Shown here: in pieces, positions 50,340 through 58,310 of the stretch
How positions within the stretch are numbered: the stretch's first letter is position 1
Layout of the letters: the number at the start of each line of letters is the position of its first letter
Source: Sedimentisphaerales bacterium
GTDB lineage: Bacteria; Planctomycetota; Phycisphaerae; Sedimentisphaerales; SM23-30
DNA length: 64,000 nucleotides
Direction: 5' to 3' (one strand)
Assembly (NCBI GenBank): GCA_963666285.1
Contig: OY762711.1
Program-made: the position numbers and the translations under genes
Notes under the pieces: model-generated
The model's database searches: none
Seen by the model: the letters and a program-made list of their open reading frames with translations, nothing else
Told to the model about the DNA's origin: nothing

Positions 50340-50393
50340 GTTAGCAAACACTAACTGTTAGTAAATGCTAACACTATTATCAGCAGAATGCAA
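50340..50393 (-). promoter_or_regulatory. Tandem palindromic TetR operators overlapping a putative promoter
   Basis: GTTAGCAAACACTAAC (50340-50355) and GTTAGTAAATGCTAAC (50357-50372), both GTTAG-N6-CTAAC. Minus-strand TTGCAT-17-TAGCAT overlaps the second. Confidence 0.7.
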
Positions 50394-50544
50394 AATAATT
50401 CTCAAAAAAATATGAGAGAAACCACTACACTTATACTACACTTATGCGGCTGTGTTTAATGGTATTTACAGGCATATTACAAAACTGTTAACCGCTGTTA
50501 ATAGCATAACTTACAAGATTTAAACAGTTAGCTGGATGCACTCA

Positions 50545-50584
50545 GCATGCAAGAGGTCGTCGGTTCGTTCCCGATCGGCTCCAT
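50545..50584 (+). repeat. attR-like copy of the tRNA-Ala 3' half
   Basis: GCATGCAAGAGGTCGTCGGTTCGTTCCCGATCGGCTCCAT, 1 mismatch versus 36365-36404. Confidence 0.95.
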
Positions 50585-50590
50585 ATAACA

Positions 50591-50629
50591 AAAAACGCCC
50601 TACAGAATTATTAACTGTAAGGCGTTTTT
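50591..50629. terminator. Terminator-like hairpin after the attR copy
   Basis: AAAAACGCCCTACAG-AATTATTAA-CTGTAAGGCGTTTTT. Confidence 0.75.
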
Positions 50630-50782
50630 AATTGATACTTCCTAAACTACTCCTAATCAAAAGAATTACCATTACATAGCCATAATTATATAAAGAAAAT
50701 CATAATTGCCATAATACTGGTTATATTGCCGCACATCTTAAAAAAAAGTAAAATTACTATCTTCAACATCTTGCACTTGAGC

Positions 50783-51454
50783 TTATCTTTTGGTAGCTAA
50801 AGCAGCTTCTGCCACCCTTTGACCTAATTGAACAGCAGTTTTGATACCAAACTCATCCTTAGTAATATCATCATTGTAGGCATTAACCAGGGTGGCTCCC
50901 TGGTGAGCGCCAGGCTTTCCACCTACAATCATAGCTTCATGGCAAAGAAGTGCCGCTTGTATTTGCTGAATACCCATTTCCTGCCCGCCATTCCTATAAG
51001 CACCGACAGTCAATGCACCAACCGGCACATTGGCTAACTTCAGCTCAGGTTTTCGTAAAACCGCTATACGCTCTAAAAATGACATACAAACTGAACTGAT
51101 ATTCCGAAAATATATAGGAGAGCCAATTATCATGCCATCCGGGTATGGGTCTTTAAGTTTAGGCAGAACAAGATCTGTAAAATGATCTTGCTGAAATTTA
51201 CCAGTGCTGTTCCAGCCAGAGAAATACAATTCACCCAAATCTATCAATTCAACTTGAATCTGGTTTGATATTTTACTAGCCGCATCCAAGGCAACCTGCA
51301 CTGCTGTTGCAGTTGTCTTACCTTTTCTTGGACTGCAACTAATACCGACAATTCTAACCTTACCTTCTGTTTCATCTTTTGCCTGAGCTTGTGAAGCAAA
51401 CGCAACGACTCCACCAACAGCTGCACTTTTAGCTATAAAACTTCGTCTATCCAT
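50783..51454 (-). CDS. Tat-exported flavodoxin-fold NAD(P)H-dependent FMN reductase family protein
   Basis: MDRRSFIAK twin-arginine signal with AQA cleavage site; GISCSPRKGKTT, IGSPIYF, RNGGQE. Start 51454 behind AGGAG. Confidence 0.82.
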   Translation of the reverse strand: MDRRSFIAKSAAVGGVVAFASQAQAKDETEGKVRIVGISCSPRKGKTTATAVQVALDAASKISNQIQVELIDLGELYFSGWNSTGKFQQDHFTDLVLPKLKDPYPDGMIIGSPIYFRNISSVCMSFLERIAVLRKPELKLANVPVGALTVGAYRNGGQEMGIQQIQAALLCHEAMIVGGKPGAHQGATLVNAYNDDITKDEFGIKTAVQLGQRVAEAALATKR

Positions 51455-51487
51455 AATAATACTCCTGATGTAAAAATGATTATGCAA

Positions 51488-52186
51488 TTAAGGAGCTGTA
51501 TAAATCAGCCACACACCTCCTATAAGGACTAGAACACCACATATTTTCTTCAATATAACTGAACCTTTGGATTTATCATTCCAATTCATATACCGCTGAA
51601 CGATTTCAGTAAACGTTCCCGCAAAAATAATCACAGAACAATGCCCTACACCATAGGTAAATAATAAAAGAATACCATATGAGAGGTTAGTAGAAGAAAG
51701 CTTAAATGTTACACCAAGCATTGGAGCCATATATGCAAAAGTACACGGCCCAAGCGCAATTCCAAACACAAGACCAAGGATAAATGCAGCAAGCAACCCT
51801 TTCTTCTTCATACCTATCTGCCCTGGACCGGATAACGGAATATTTATGACTTCAAGCAGATGCAGCCCCACAACAAAGAATATCAATGCTACAAAATAAT
51901 TGCCATATTGACCTATATCACCCATCATCCTGCCAGCGGCGGCAGTTATTGCACCTATAGCACCGATTGTAATCAAAATCCCAACTGAAAACAGGGTTGA
52001 TATCCAGAAAGCCCGCCTGGTAGATATTCGACCCTGTTCATCAATAAATCCAATTATCAGTGGAATACTGGCAAGATGACACGGACTTAGTACAATGCTT
52101 AGCACACCCCATATAAAAGAGGCAAGCAATGCGATAAACCAGGCTCCTTCAACGGCATTTGTTAGCTCGGTAAATAATTCCTGCAT
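51488..52186 (-). CDS. ccdA: CcdA/DsbD-type transmembrane disulfide reductase
   Basis: LSPCHLASIPL and LGPCTF conserved Cys pair; about 6 TM helices. Confidence 0.88.
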   Translation of the reverse strand: MQELFTELTNAVEGAWFIALLASFIWGVLSIVLSPCHLASIPLIIGFIDEQGRISTRRAFWISTLFSVGILITIGAIGAITAAAGRMMGDIGQYGNYFVALIFFVVGLHLLEVINIPLSGPGQIGMKKKGLLAAFILGLVFGIALGPCTFAYMAPMLGVTFKLSSTNLSYGILLLFTYGVGHCSVIIFAGTFTEIVQRYMNWNDKSKGSVILKKICGVLVLIGGVWLIYTAP

Positions 52187-52187
52187 A

Positions 52188-53108
52188 CTATTTTATTTCC
52201 AAAACATCAATCTTATTAATAATATCTTCTTCTGTATAAAAACCACTATGCCGGAAAACTTCTTTTCCCATATCGTCAAAAATAATTTGTGTTGGTATTG
52301 ACTTTACTCCATACCTTGCCGACAAAACCTGTTGCTCTTTTGCATTAATATATACTATATTCAGCTGATCTTTATATTTATTTGTCAGTGCGTCACGTAT
52401 CGGAGCCATCTTATCCGGACCGCAACAGCTGGCAGCACTAAAAATAGCAATAGTAGCTTTCTCACTGCTTCTTGCCATATCCAGTAAATTATTTTGCGAG
52501 ATTAAGGCCTGCTCCTTAAGCCAATTACCTGCAATAGAAATATCATATTTAAGACCGATGTTCTTTATATATTCAGCAACAAGAGATAGCTTTTTTTCTT
52601 GCAAAACATAAGATTTAATTTGCTCTTTTACTGCTGACAGTGGTGTCCCATTAAACACACTGACGTTTTCTTCATAAAACTTTTCAACTTCCTGGTCATT
52701 AACAGAGGTGTCGGCAAGCATATTTTCCAAATAGGCAGATATACTATTATTATCATTTTTAGACTGTATGTTATTTTTAGCATTTTCTTCCAGGGCAATA
52801 TCAGCCAGGATCTGTTTACCTGCATACTGCTCGAGAACAAACAGTAAATTTTCTTCCAACTCTGCACGAACCAGGCCGGGTTGAGATGTGATATAGTCCT
52901 TCAAGTCCTTTTCATTAATCTCAATATTTTTATACTTCAGAATAGTTCCATTTTTCAGATCTAATATTTTAGCATAGGTCAAAACACCTGTAGTTAAACT
53001 GGGATATACTTCATTTACAATATTTGACTTAACCGTAACTCTTTCTGCTGCAATTGACAGACTCCCAATTAACAGGAATATAAACATATAATAGCAATTA
53101 GTTTTCAT
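52188..53108 (-). CDS. Secreted protein: SurA-N-like helical region + atypical thioredoxin domain
   Basis: Signal peptide; VNDQEVEKFYEEN..F...PLSAVKEQIKSY; C-terminal Trx fold FSAASCCGPD...YGVKSIPTQIIFDDMGKEVFRHSG. Confidence 0.72.
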   Translation of the reverse strand: MKTNCYYMFIFLLIGSLSIAAERVTVKSNIVNEVYPSLTTGVLTYAKILDLKNGTILKYKNIEINEKDLKDYITSQPGLVRAELEENLLFVLEQYAGKQILADIALEENAKNNIQSKNDNNSISAYLENMLADTSVNDQEVEKFYEENVSVFNGTPLSAVKEQIKSYVLQEKKLSLVAEYIKNIGLKYDISIAGNWLKEQALISQNNLLDMARSSEKATIAIFSAASCCGPDKMAPIRDALTNKYKDQLNIVYINAKEQQVLSARYGVKSIPTQIIFDDMGKEVFRHSGFYTEEDIINKIDVLEIK

Positions 53109-53538
53109 TTTTGTCGCCTTTCTCAGCATCAACTCCAAATTCTTTCCACTTACCTAAGATGTCTTCTTTTGAGAAAAATCCTTCATGCCTGAAAATCTCT
53201 TTTCCAGAGGCATCAATAAATATTTGTGTTGGGATCAGGTTTATACCATACTTCTCTTTTTCACCAGGATTTTCCCAGACATCAATAAAATTCACATTGA
53301 ATGAATCTTTACATTCCACCTTCAGCTCTTCCAGAATCGGAGCCATCATTTTACATGGAATGCATTTGCCTGCACCAAGATCAATTAGAGTTGGTAAGTC
53401 AGAATTGATATTGCCTGCAATTTGCTTTTCCTGGCCAGAGTCTGTAACAGGCAAATCTTTTTTGTCTTGCTTTGCCAAAAAAGCTATCGCCACTACTACC
53501 AACAAAGCTACTACAATAATTATATTGGTTTTTTTCAT
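53098..53538 (-). CDS. Membrane-anchored thioredoxin family protein
   Basis: N-terminal TM anchor; DLGAGKCIPCKMM, IPTQIF...GKEIFRHEG. Confidence 0.9.
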   Translation of the reverse strand: MKKTNIIIVVALLVVVAIAFLAKQDKKDLPVTDSGQEKQIAGNINSDLPTLIDLGAGKCIPCKMMAPILEELKVECKDSFNVNFIDVWENPGEKEKYGINLIPTQIFIDASGKEIFRHEGFFSKEDILGKWKEFGVDAEKGDKNEN

Positions 53539-53627
53539 TATTATAACTCCTTAAAAAATGCATTATCACAGAACAAATTCATACTGCCTCAGCAATTATC
53601 ATAATAGTATAAATCTGTTAAGCAATC

Positions 53628-54002
53628 TTATTGCAGCATTTCCTTTGCTTTAGAAACAACTTTTCCAACATTCTCTTCATTTGCAGGGCTATTGCCTTTT
53701 TCAAGGCCTAAATCTGCCAGCTGAAGATGATCAAACTTGCAGAAACCTGCCTGCTCTAAAGAATTTTTCACACAATTCAGAGGACAACCATCAATAGCCA
53801 GAACCTGCTCTGCCGCTTCAGTAGTTTTCATAATGCCACTGACACGTCCACCAATTCCAGCTAGACAGAACATTTTGCCGGAACCATCTTTGGTTAACTT
53901 TCGTGCTGCCTGATCCGACACCGCTCCTACATCGGCTGCTCCGGAGCAGGCGAAAATCAACTTTGTGCCACCGCTGCATACACATGATTTTTCTGTACTC
54001 AT
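53628..54002 (-). CDS. DGC-domain putative zinc-binding protein
   Basis: FACSGAADVG, MFCLAG, AIDGCPLNC. Confidence 0.88.
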   Translation of the reverse strand: MSTEKSCVCSGGTKLIFACSGAADVGAVSDQAARKLTKDGSGKMFCLAGIGGRVSGIMKTTEAAEQVLAIDGCPLNCVKNSLEQAGFCKFDHLQLADLGLEKGNSPANEENVGKVVSKAKEMLQ

Positions 54003-54043
54003 AACAATTCCTTTTTATCGTCTTAGAAAATTATCAATATTAA

Positions 54044-54277
54044 TTAAGCTAACATAGCCTTAATATCATCAGCAGACAATACTTTCCCTGCCGATTTAAC
54101 TTCACCATCAATTGCAATCGCAGGTGTTACCATTACACCCATTGCCATTATATCATTAAGTTGAGTTACCTTTTCAATCTCAGCCTCAATTCCAAGTTCA
54201 CTAACCGCAGCTTTTGCATTACCTGCAAGTTTTTCGCATTTGGCACATCCTGTACCTAGTATTTGTATTTTTTTCAT
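54044..54277 (-). CDS. Small redox-active disulfide protein (thioredoxin_3 family)
   Basis: KIQILGTGCAKC, GVMVTPAIAIDGEVKSAG. Start 54277 behind GGAG. Confidence 0.92.
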   Translation of the reverse strand: MKKIQILGTGCAKCEKLAGNAKAAVSELGIEAEIEKVTQLNDIMAMGVMVTPAIAIDGEVKSAGKVLSADDIKAMLA

Positions 54278-54290
54278 TGTTATTTCTCCA

Positions 54291-55763
54291 TTAAAATACG
54301 GTTCCAAATATTATTCCTGAAATTGTTGCCATTACAATAACCAGAGTTACAAACACGACTGTTTTTTGCGTTCCCATCACAGAACGAATTACCAGCATAT
54401 TTGGCAAACTTAATGCCGGTCCGGCCAGCAATAAAGCTAATGCCGGTCCTTTACCCATGCCGGCACCAATTAAGCCTTGCAAAATCGGTACTTCAGTTAA
54501 AGTAGCAAAATACATAAAAGCACCGGCTACCGAAGCAAATAGATTTGCCCAAATGGAATTACCGCCGACTGCCTTAGCAACCCATTCGGGCGGGATAAGC
54601 CCCTCATGGTTAGGCCTTCCAAGCAATAAACCGGCAACAACAACACCTATAAGAAGTAATGGCAATATCTGTTTTGCAAATGTCCACGTTGAACTGAACC
54701 ATTCCTCCGGTTCACCTTTAGTTGTACTGGTAGCCCAGGAAAGCCCCATTACGGCAATTGAAAATGGGATCATTACCATCATCCCATCCATCGGTAATAT
54801 AAATGCTGAAATCACAGTTGGTATTGCAGTCAAGAGTATTTTCCACCATGGGATTGCAAACCAGGCAGTTAAAACAACTGCCAGAATCATTCCAAATCCA
54901 CTGGCAACTAACCATTTATGACTCCAGATTGAAGTCCATGCCCCAGAAACGGGTTGTTTTTCAATAATATTACTAACTGATAATTCTATCTCCTGACCTT
55001 TTTCATTCCCATCTATAAGCTTAACAACATAAGAGCCATCTTGTTCTGAATTATGTTCCGGAGCCTTGATTACGGCTGCCCTGATAGTATTCCCATCTTT
55101 CATCTTAAAACTGAAATCGTTTGGCGCACCCCAGTTTGCAAAAACAAGTACTCCTACCATAACAGCAAAAAACACTGCATTTTGCCATAATGGACGAGAT
55201 ACTTCCGGCTCTGGCATTACTGCCTGCTGATTAGCTTTGGCCATTTCTTCTTTTCTATAAATTAAATGCATTATCAAACCAATAATGACACTGAAACTTA
55301 TTGCGCCAACAGCCCTGGCTATACCAAGCTCCAAACCAAGAATTCTTGCAGTAAGAATAATTGCTAAAACATTGATCGCCGGGCCGGAGTAGAGAAATGC
55401 AGTTGCAGGACCTAAACCAGCTCCCATTTTGTATATTCCGGCAAAAAGAGGAAGAATAGTACAAGAGCATACAGCAAGGATCGAACCTGATACAGACGCA
55501 ACCGCATAAGCAAGAACTTTATTTGCTTTTGCTCCCAGGTATTTCATAACTGAAGCCTGGCTGACAAAAACAGATATTGCTCCTGCAATAAAAAATGCCG
55601 GGACAAGACATAGCAAAACATGCTCTTGGGCATACCACTTAACAAGATGAAGTGACTCCATTATCGCATTATCGAAACGTTTCCAGCCTACTGGCAGATA
55701 AAAACATCCAAGAAATATAAGAACTATCCAAAGAAGTTTTTTCCATTCACTTTTCCAAAACAT
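54291..55763 (-). CDS. ArsP/DUF318 family permease
   Basis: LAVCSCTILPLF, FLYSGPAIN, YFATLTEVP, GPALALLLAGPALSLP; ars-type gene context. Confidence 0.9.
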   Translation of the reverse strand: MFWKSEWKKLLWIVLIFLGCFYLPVGWKRFDNAIMESLHLVKWYAQEHVLLCLVPAFFIAGAISVFVSQASVMKYLGAKANKVLAYAVASVSGSILAVCSCTILPLFAGIYKMGAGLGPATAFLYSGPAINVLAIILTARILGLELGIARAVGAISFSVIIGLIMHLIYRKEEMAKANQQAVMPEPEVSRPLWQNAVFFAVMVGVLVFANWGAPNDFSFKMKDGNTIRAAVIKAPEHNSEQDGSYVVKLIDGNEKGQEIELSVSNIIEKQPVSGAWTSIWSHKWLVASGFGMILAVVLTAWFAIPWWKILLTAIPTVISAFILPMDGMMVMIPFSIAVMGLSWATSTTKGEPEEWFSSTWTFAKQILPLLLIGVVVAGLLLGRPNHEGLIPPEWVAKAVGGNSIWANLFASVAGAFMYFATLTEVPILQGLIGAGMGKGPALALLLAGPALSLPNMLVIRSVMGTQKTVVFVTLVIVMATISGIIFGTVF

Positions 55764-55779
55764 AATAATATCCTCACTG

Positions 55780-55800
55780 GGTTATTTGCACATATTACCA
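55780..55800. promoter_or_regulatory. Second putative ArsR operator upstream of the permease
   Basis: GGTTATTTGCACATATTACCA, 17/21 identical to 56156-56176. Confidence 0.5.
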
Positions 55801-55820
55801 AGTGTTATCCTAAAAAAAGA

Positions 55821-56141
55821 TTATTGAAGCAATGCAGCATGAGCTTGTGCCTGCATTTTAATAACTGACTCAATACAATCCATAAATTTCAATAAGCATG
55901 GTACTTTTAATGAATAGTAAACCTGTTTGCCTCTCTTTTCATCCTCAACAACACCGGCCTGCTTCAAAATTGAAAGATGTTTGGAAACTGTAGAGAAATC
56001 AGCCTGTATAACCTCTGCAAACTCACAAACACATTTCTCACCTTTTGAAAGCTGCTCTGTCATCCACAAGCGGGTGGGATGAGCTAAAGCCTTTAATACC
56101 TTTGCCTTAGCTTCATATAATTTTTTATCATTTTCAGTCAT
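55821..56141 (-). CDS. ArsR/SmtB family metalloregulator
   Basis: LKALAHPTRL, EKCVCE, STVSKHLSILKQAG, C-terminal PC...C. Confidence 0.93.
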   Translation of the reverse strand: MTENDKKLYEAKAKVLKALAHPTRLWMTEQLSKGEKCVCEFAEVIQADFSTVSKHLSILKQAGVVEDEKRGKQVYYSLKVPCLLKFMDCIESVIKMQAQAHAALLQ

Positions 56142-56155
56142 TTCTATTCACCTTT

Positions 56156-56203
56156 GGTCATTTGAACATATGACAATATAACCAACAATACTAATACTGT
56201 CAA
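56156..56203 (-). promoter_or_regulatory. sigma70 promoter with overlapping ArsR operator
   Basis: Minus strand TTGACA (56203-56198)-17 bp-TATATT (56180-56175); imperfect palindrome GTCATTTG-AA-CATATGAC just downstream of the -10. Confidence 0.75.
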
Positions 56204-56290
56204 TTTTTATTTTAAGTTGCTTTAAGTTTTATATTCTATTTACAATAGCATACCCCCAATTACTCCCATCACCCCCATGCGGCTGCATTG

Positions 56291-56316
56291 ACATTCCCAG
56301 GCATGCATTATATTTG
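56291..56316 (+). repeat. 26-bp exact direct repeat (module right-end sequence), copy 2
   Basis: Identical to 41977-42002. Confidence 0.9.
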
Positions 56317-56384
56317 CAACAGCTAGCTAACTACTGCATAATAAGCAACTTATAAGACAATTACACCAAATTGAACATGCCAGA

Positions 56385-56419
56385 CAAGAGACAATCAATT
56401 CAATCCCGATAGGCTACAT
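56385..56419 (+). repeat. Degenerate tRNA-Ala 3' fragment (decayed att site)
   Basis: CAAGAGACAATCAATTCAATCCCGATAGGCTACAT versus tRNA CAAGAGGTCGTCGGTTCGATCCCGATCGGCTCCAT, 26/35 ungapped. Confidence 0.7.
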
Positions 56420-56508
56420 TTCCATTCTCATTTACAATAGTTCTACCATAGCTGCAACTTTCAAACACCTGTTACACAATATTTCCTTGAGATAACATTT
56501 AAAATAGC

Positions 56509-56544
56509 AATGCCGCACCGGCCACTTGATTCCGATGCGACATT
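56509..56544 (-). terminator. Probable terminator of the hydrogenase operon
   Basis: Minus-strand AAUGUCGCAUCGG...CCGGUGCGGCAUU 13-bp stem with two G-U pairs, then GCUAUUUU. Confidence 0.6.
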
Positions 56545-56593
56545 TTAATAAATACAGCTGACAGCTATAAGGAAAAAGTTACACCACTGCCAA

Positions 56594-58018
56594 CTATATA
56601 TTTTCGATTGCTTTCCTGCTCTTTGCCGCACTTTGCAGCACACAAGGCCCGCCAACGCAGCCGCCGGTACAACTCATGACCTCAATGAAATTACCGGGAG
56701 CCTTTCCCTTGGCATACGCTTTCAAAAGAGCAATACTCTTTTTATCCAGCCCGTCAATACAAACCGGATTCAGAGCTGTTTCCCCGGCATAACTGCCCGC
56801 AACTGCGGAAGACACCCCGGAACTGATGGCAAATTTGCGTGCCGCAGCTGATGCCGTACCGTCTACCTGGGCAATATCCGGCATCTCGTCCAAAAATATT
56901 TCGGTCGCCACCAGCATAGCACCCAGCTCTTCAAAGGTTATCACATAATCAACATCTTCCAGTTCTGTTCCTTCCTTACGCTTGGCAAGACATGGGCCAA
57001 TAAACACGGTTTTAACATCGGGATTGTCAGCCTTAACCTTCCGGGCCGTAAAAGCCAATGGTGAAGGTGTATCTGATACATTGCCGCATATTTCCGGAAT
57101 ATGCTTTTTCGCAAGTTGAACATAAGATGGACAGCATGAAGTAGTCATAAACTTTTGACCTTCTGCCAGCTTATGGGCCAGCTCTTCTGCTTCGTGAGCA
57201 ATAGTTTCATCCGCTCCCTCTGCAACTTGCACAACAGAAGTAAATCCAAGTACATGCATGGCGGCAGTAAGCTGATTCCAATTAGCCTCAAACTGCCCTT
57301 CCATTGCCGGTGCCACCATAGCAGTCACATCTGTACCCTTAGTTATTTCAGCAAGGACATGAACCACCTGTGAGCACTCCATTATAGCTCCAAACGGACA
57401 GGCGTTTATACACTTGCCGCAATAGATACATTTCTCATCATCTATCACCTTCTTGCCATCCGGTCCGCTGGCTATAGCACCAACCGGGCAAGACTCTTCA
57501 CATGGAACGGGAATACGTACTACCGCATGAAAAGAACACGCACTCTGACATTTACCGCAATTGATACATTTGTCTGTATCGATTTTGGCCTTCCCGTTTA
57601 TTACGCTGACAGCATCCTTAGGACATACCATTGTACACGGTCGAGCGGCACATCCGCGGCATGCATCAGTAATATGATAATGCGCATCGGGACATGAACT
57701 GCACGCTACATCCAGAACGGTAAGAAATCTGCTGTTTGATTTTCTCTTGAGCGTCTGCCCGAGATATTCCTTGATTGTGGTCAGTTCATCAACTTCGTCT
57801 TCGACCGCTATCCCCAGCGAAGCCATACAACGATATTTGATCACCGCACGATCTTTATAAACACAACAGCGGGTAGTATTATTACGTAAAGGCCGCATCT
57901 CCAGCGGTATCCTGTCAAGGTCAGTTGAATCCTTGGGGCGGGTTACCGCATTTATGATACGAATCATAATCTCCCGGCAAATACGTCTGGCATTGTTATA
58001 TTTAGCTTCAGGCATCAT
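56594..58018 (-). CDS. Monomeric [FeFe]-hydrogenase (group B, HfsD-like)
   Basis: H-cluster motifs TTSCCPSY, GPCLAKRKE, EVMSCTGGCVGG; N-terminal ferredoxin motifs CRGCAARPC, CINCGKC, CIYCGKC. Confidence 0.92.
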   Translation of the reverse strand: MMPEAKYNNARRICREIMIRIINAVTRPKDSTDLDRIPLEMRPLRNNTTRCCVYKDRAVIKYRCMASLGIAVEDEVDELTTIKEYLGQTLKRKSNSRFLTVLDVACSSCPDAHYHITDACRGCAARPCTMVCPKDAVSVINGKAKIDTDKCINCGKCQSACSFHAVVRIPVPCEESCPVGAIASGPDGKKVIDDEKCIYCGKCINACPFGAIMECSQVVHVLAEITKGTDVTAMVAPAMEGQFEANWNQLTAAMHVLGFTSVVQVAEGADETIAHEAEELAHKLAEGQKFMTTSCCPSYVQLAKKHIPEICGNVSDTPSPLAFTARKVKADNPDVKTVFIGPCLAKRKEGTELEDVDYVITFEELGAMLVATEIFLDEMPDIAQVDGTASAAARKFAISSGVSSAVAGSYAGETALNPVCIDGLDKKSIALLKAYAKGKAPGNFIEVMSCTGGCVGGPCVLQSAAKSRKAIENI

Positions 58019-58289
58019 TCAGGCCCTCCGGCAGATCCAGCATCTCAGCGATTACTTCCATAACCTTTTCCGGGGTGGCATTACCGATCGGGACGGAATT
58101 TATGCGGACATAAGGTGCCCCGCTGAATTTACCTTTCCGGCATAAGCCAAGGCATCTGGACGCTGTAACCTCAACAAAATCCTTCCATTCTGCAGGCAGG
58201 CTTTCTTCAAAAGATTCAAACTGAACACTGCCCAAAACAAAGCAGGTTGTTCCTGCACATATCTCTATTTGTATTTTTTTGTTATGCAT
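58008..58289 (-). CDS. Thioredoxin-like [2Fe-2S] ferredoxin (NuoE-like small protein)
   Basis: ICAGTTCFVLG...CLGLC...APYVRIN. Confidence 0.88.
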   Translation of the reverse strand: MHNKKIQIEICAGTTCFVLGSVQFESFEESLPAEWKDFVEVTASRCLGLCRKGKFSGAPYVRINSVPIGNATPEKVMEVIAEMLDLPEGLNDA

Positions 58290-58310
58290 GATTATTTTTC
58301 CATTTGATTG

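Larger units (their letters stand above)
50585..56419. mobile_element. Second, older tandem islet (ArsR/thioredoxin module) ending in a decayed tRNA-Ala att copy
   Basis: 56385-56419 matches tRNA 36370-36404 at 26/35, and its upstream motifs parallel those before 50545. Confidence 0.6.

Noticed and set aside
50545..50584. Second tRNA-Ala gene
   Set aside because: Only the 3' 40 nt are present, with no acceptor 5' strand or D-arm; treated as an att repeat.
50783..56141. Selenocysteine (in-frame TGA) in the redox proteins
   Set aside because: The ORFs are continuous, and the missing Cys of CCGPD is a GAT codon, not TGA.
36404..56419. Prophage, ICE or integron as the island type
   Set aside because: No integrase, phage structural, conjugation or relaxase genes, and no attC-like sites between individual genes.
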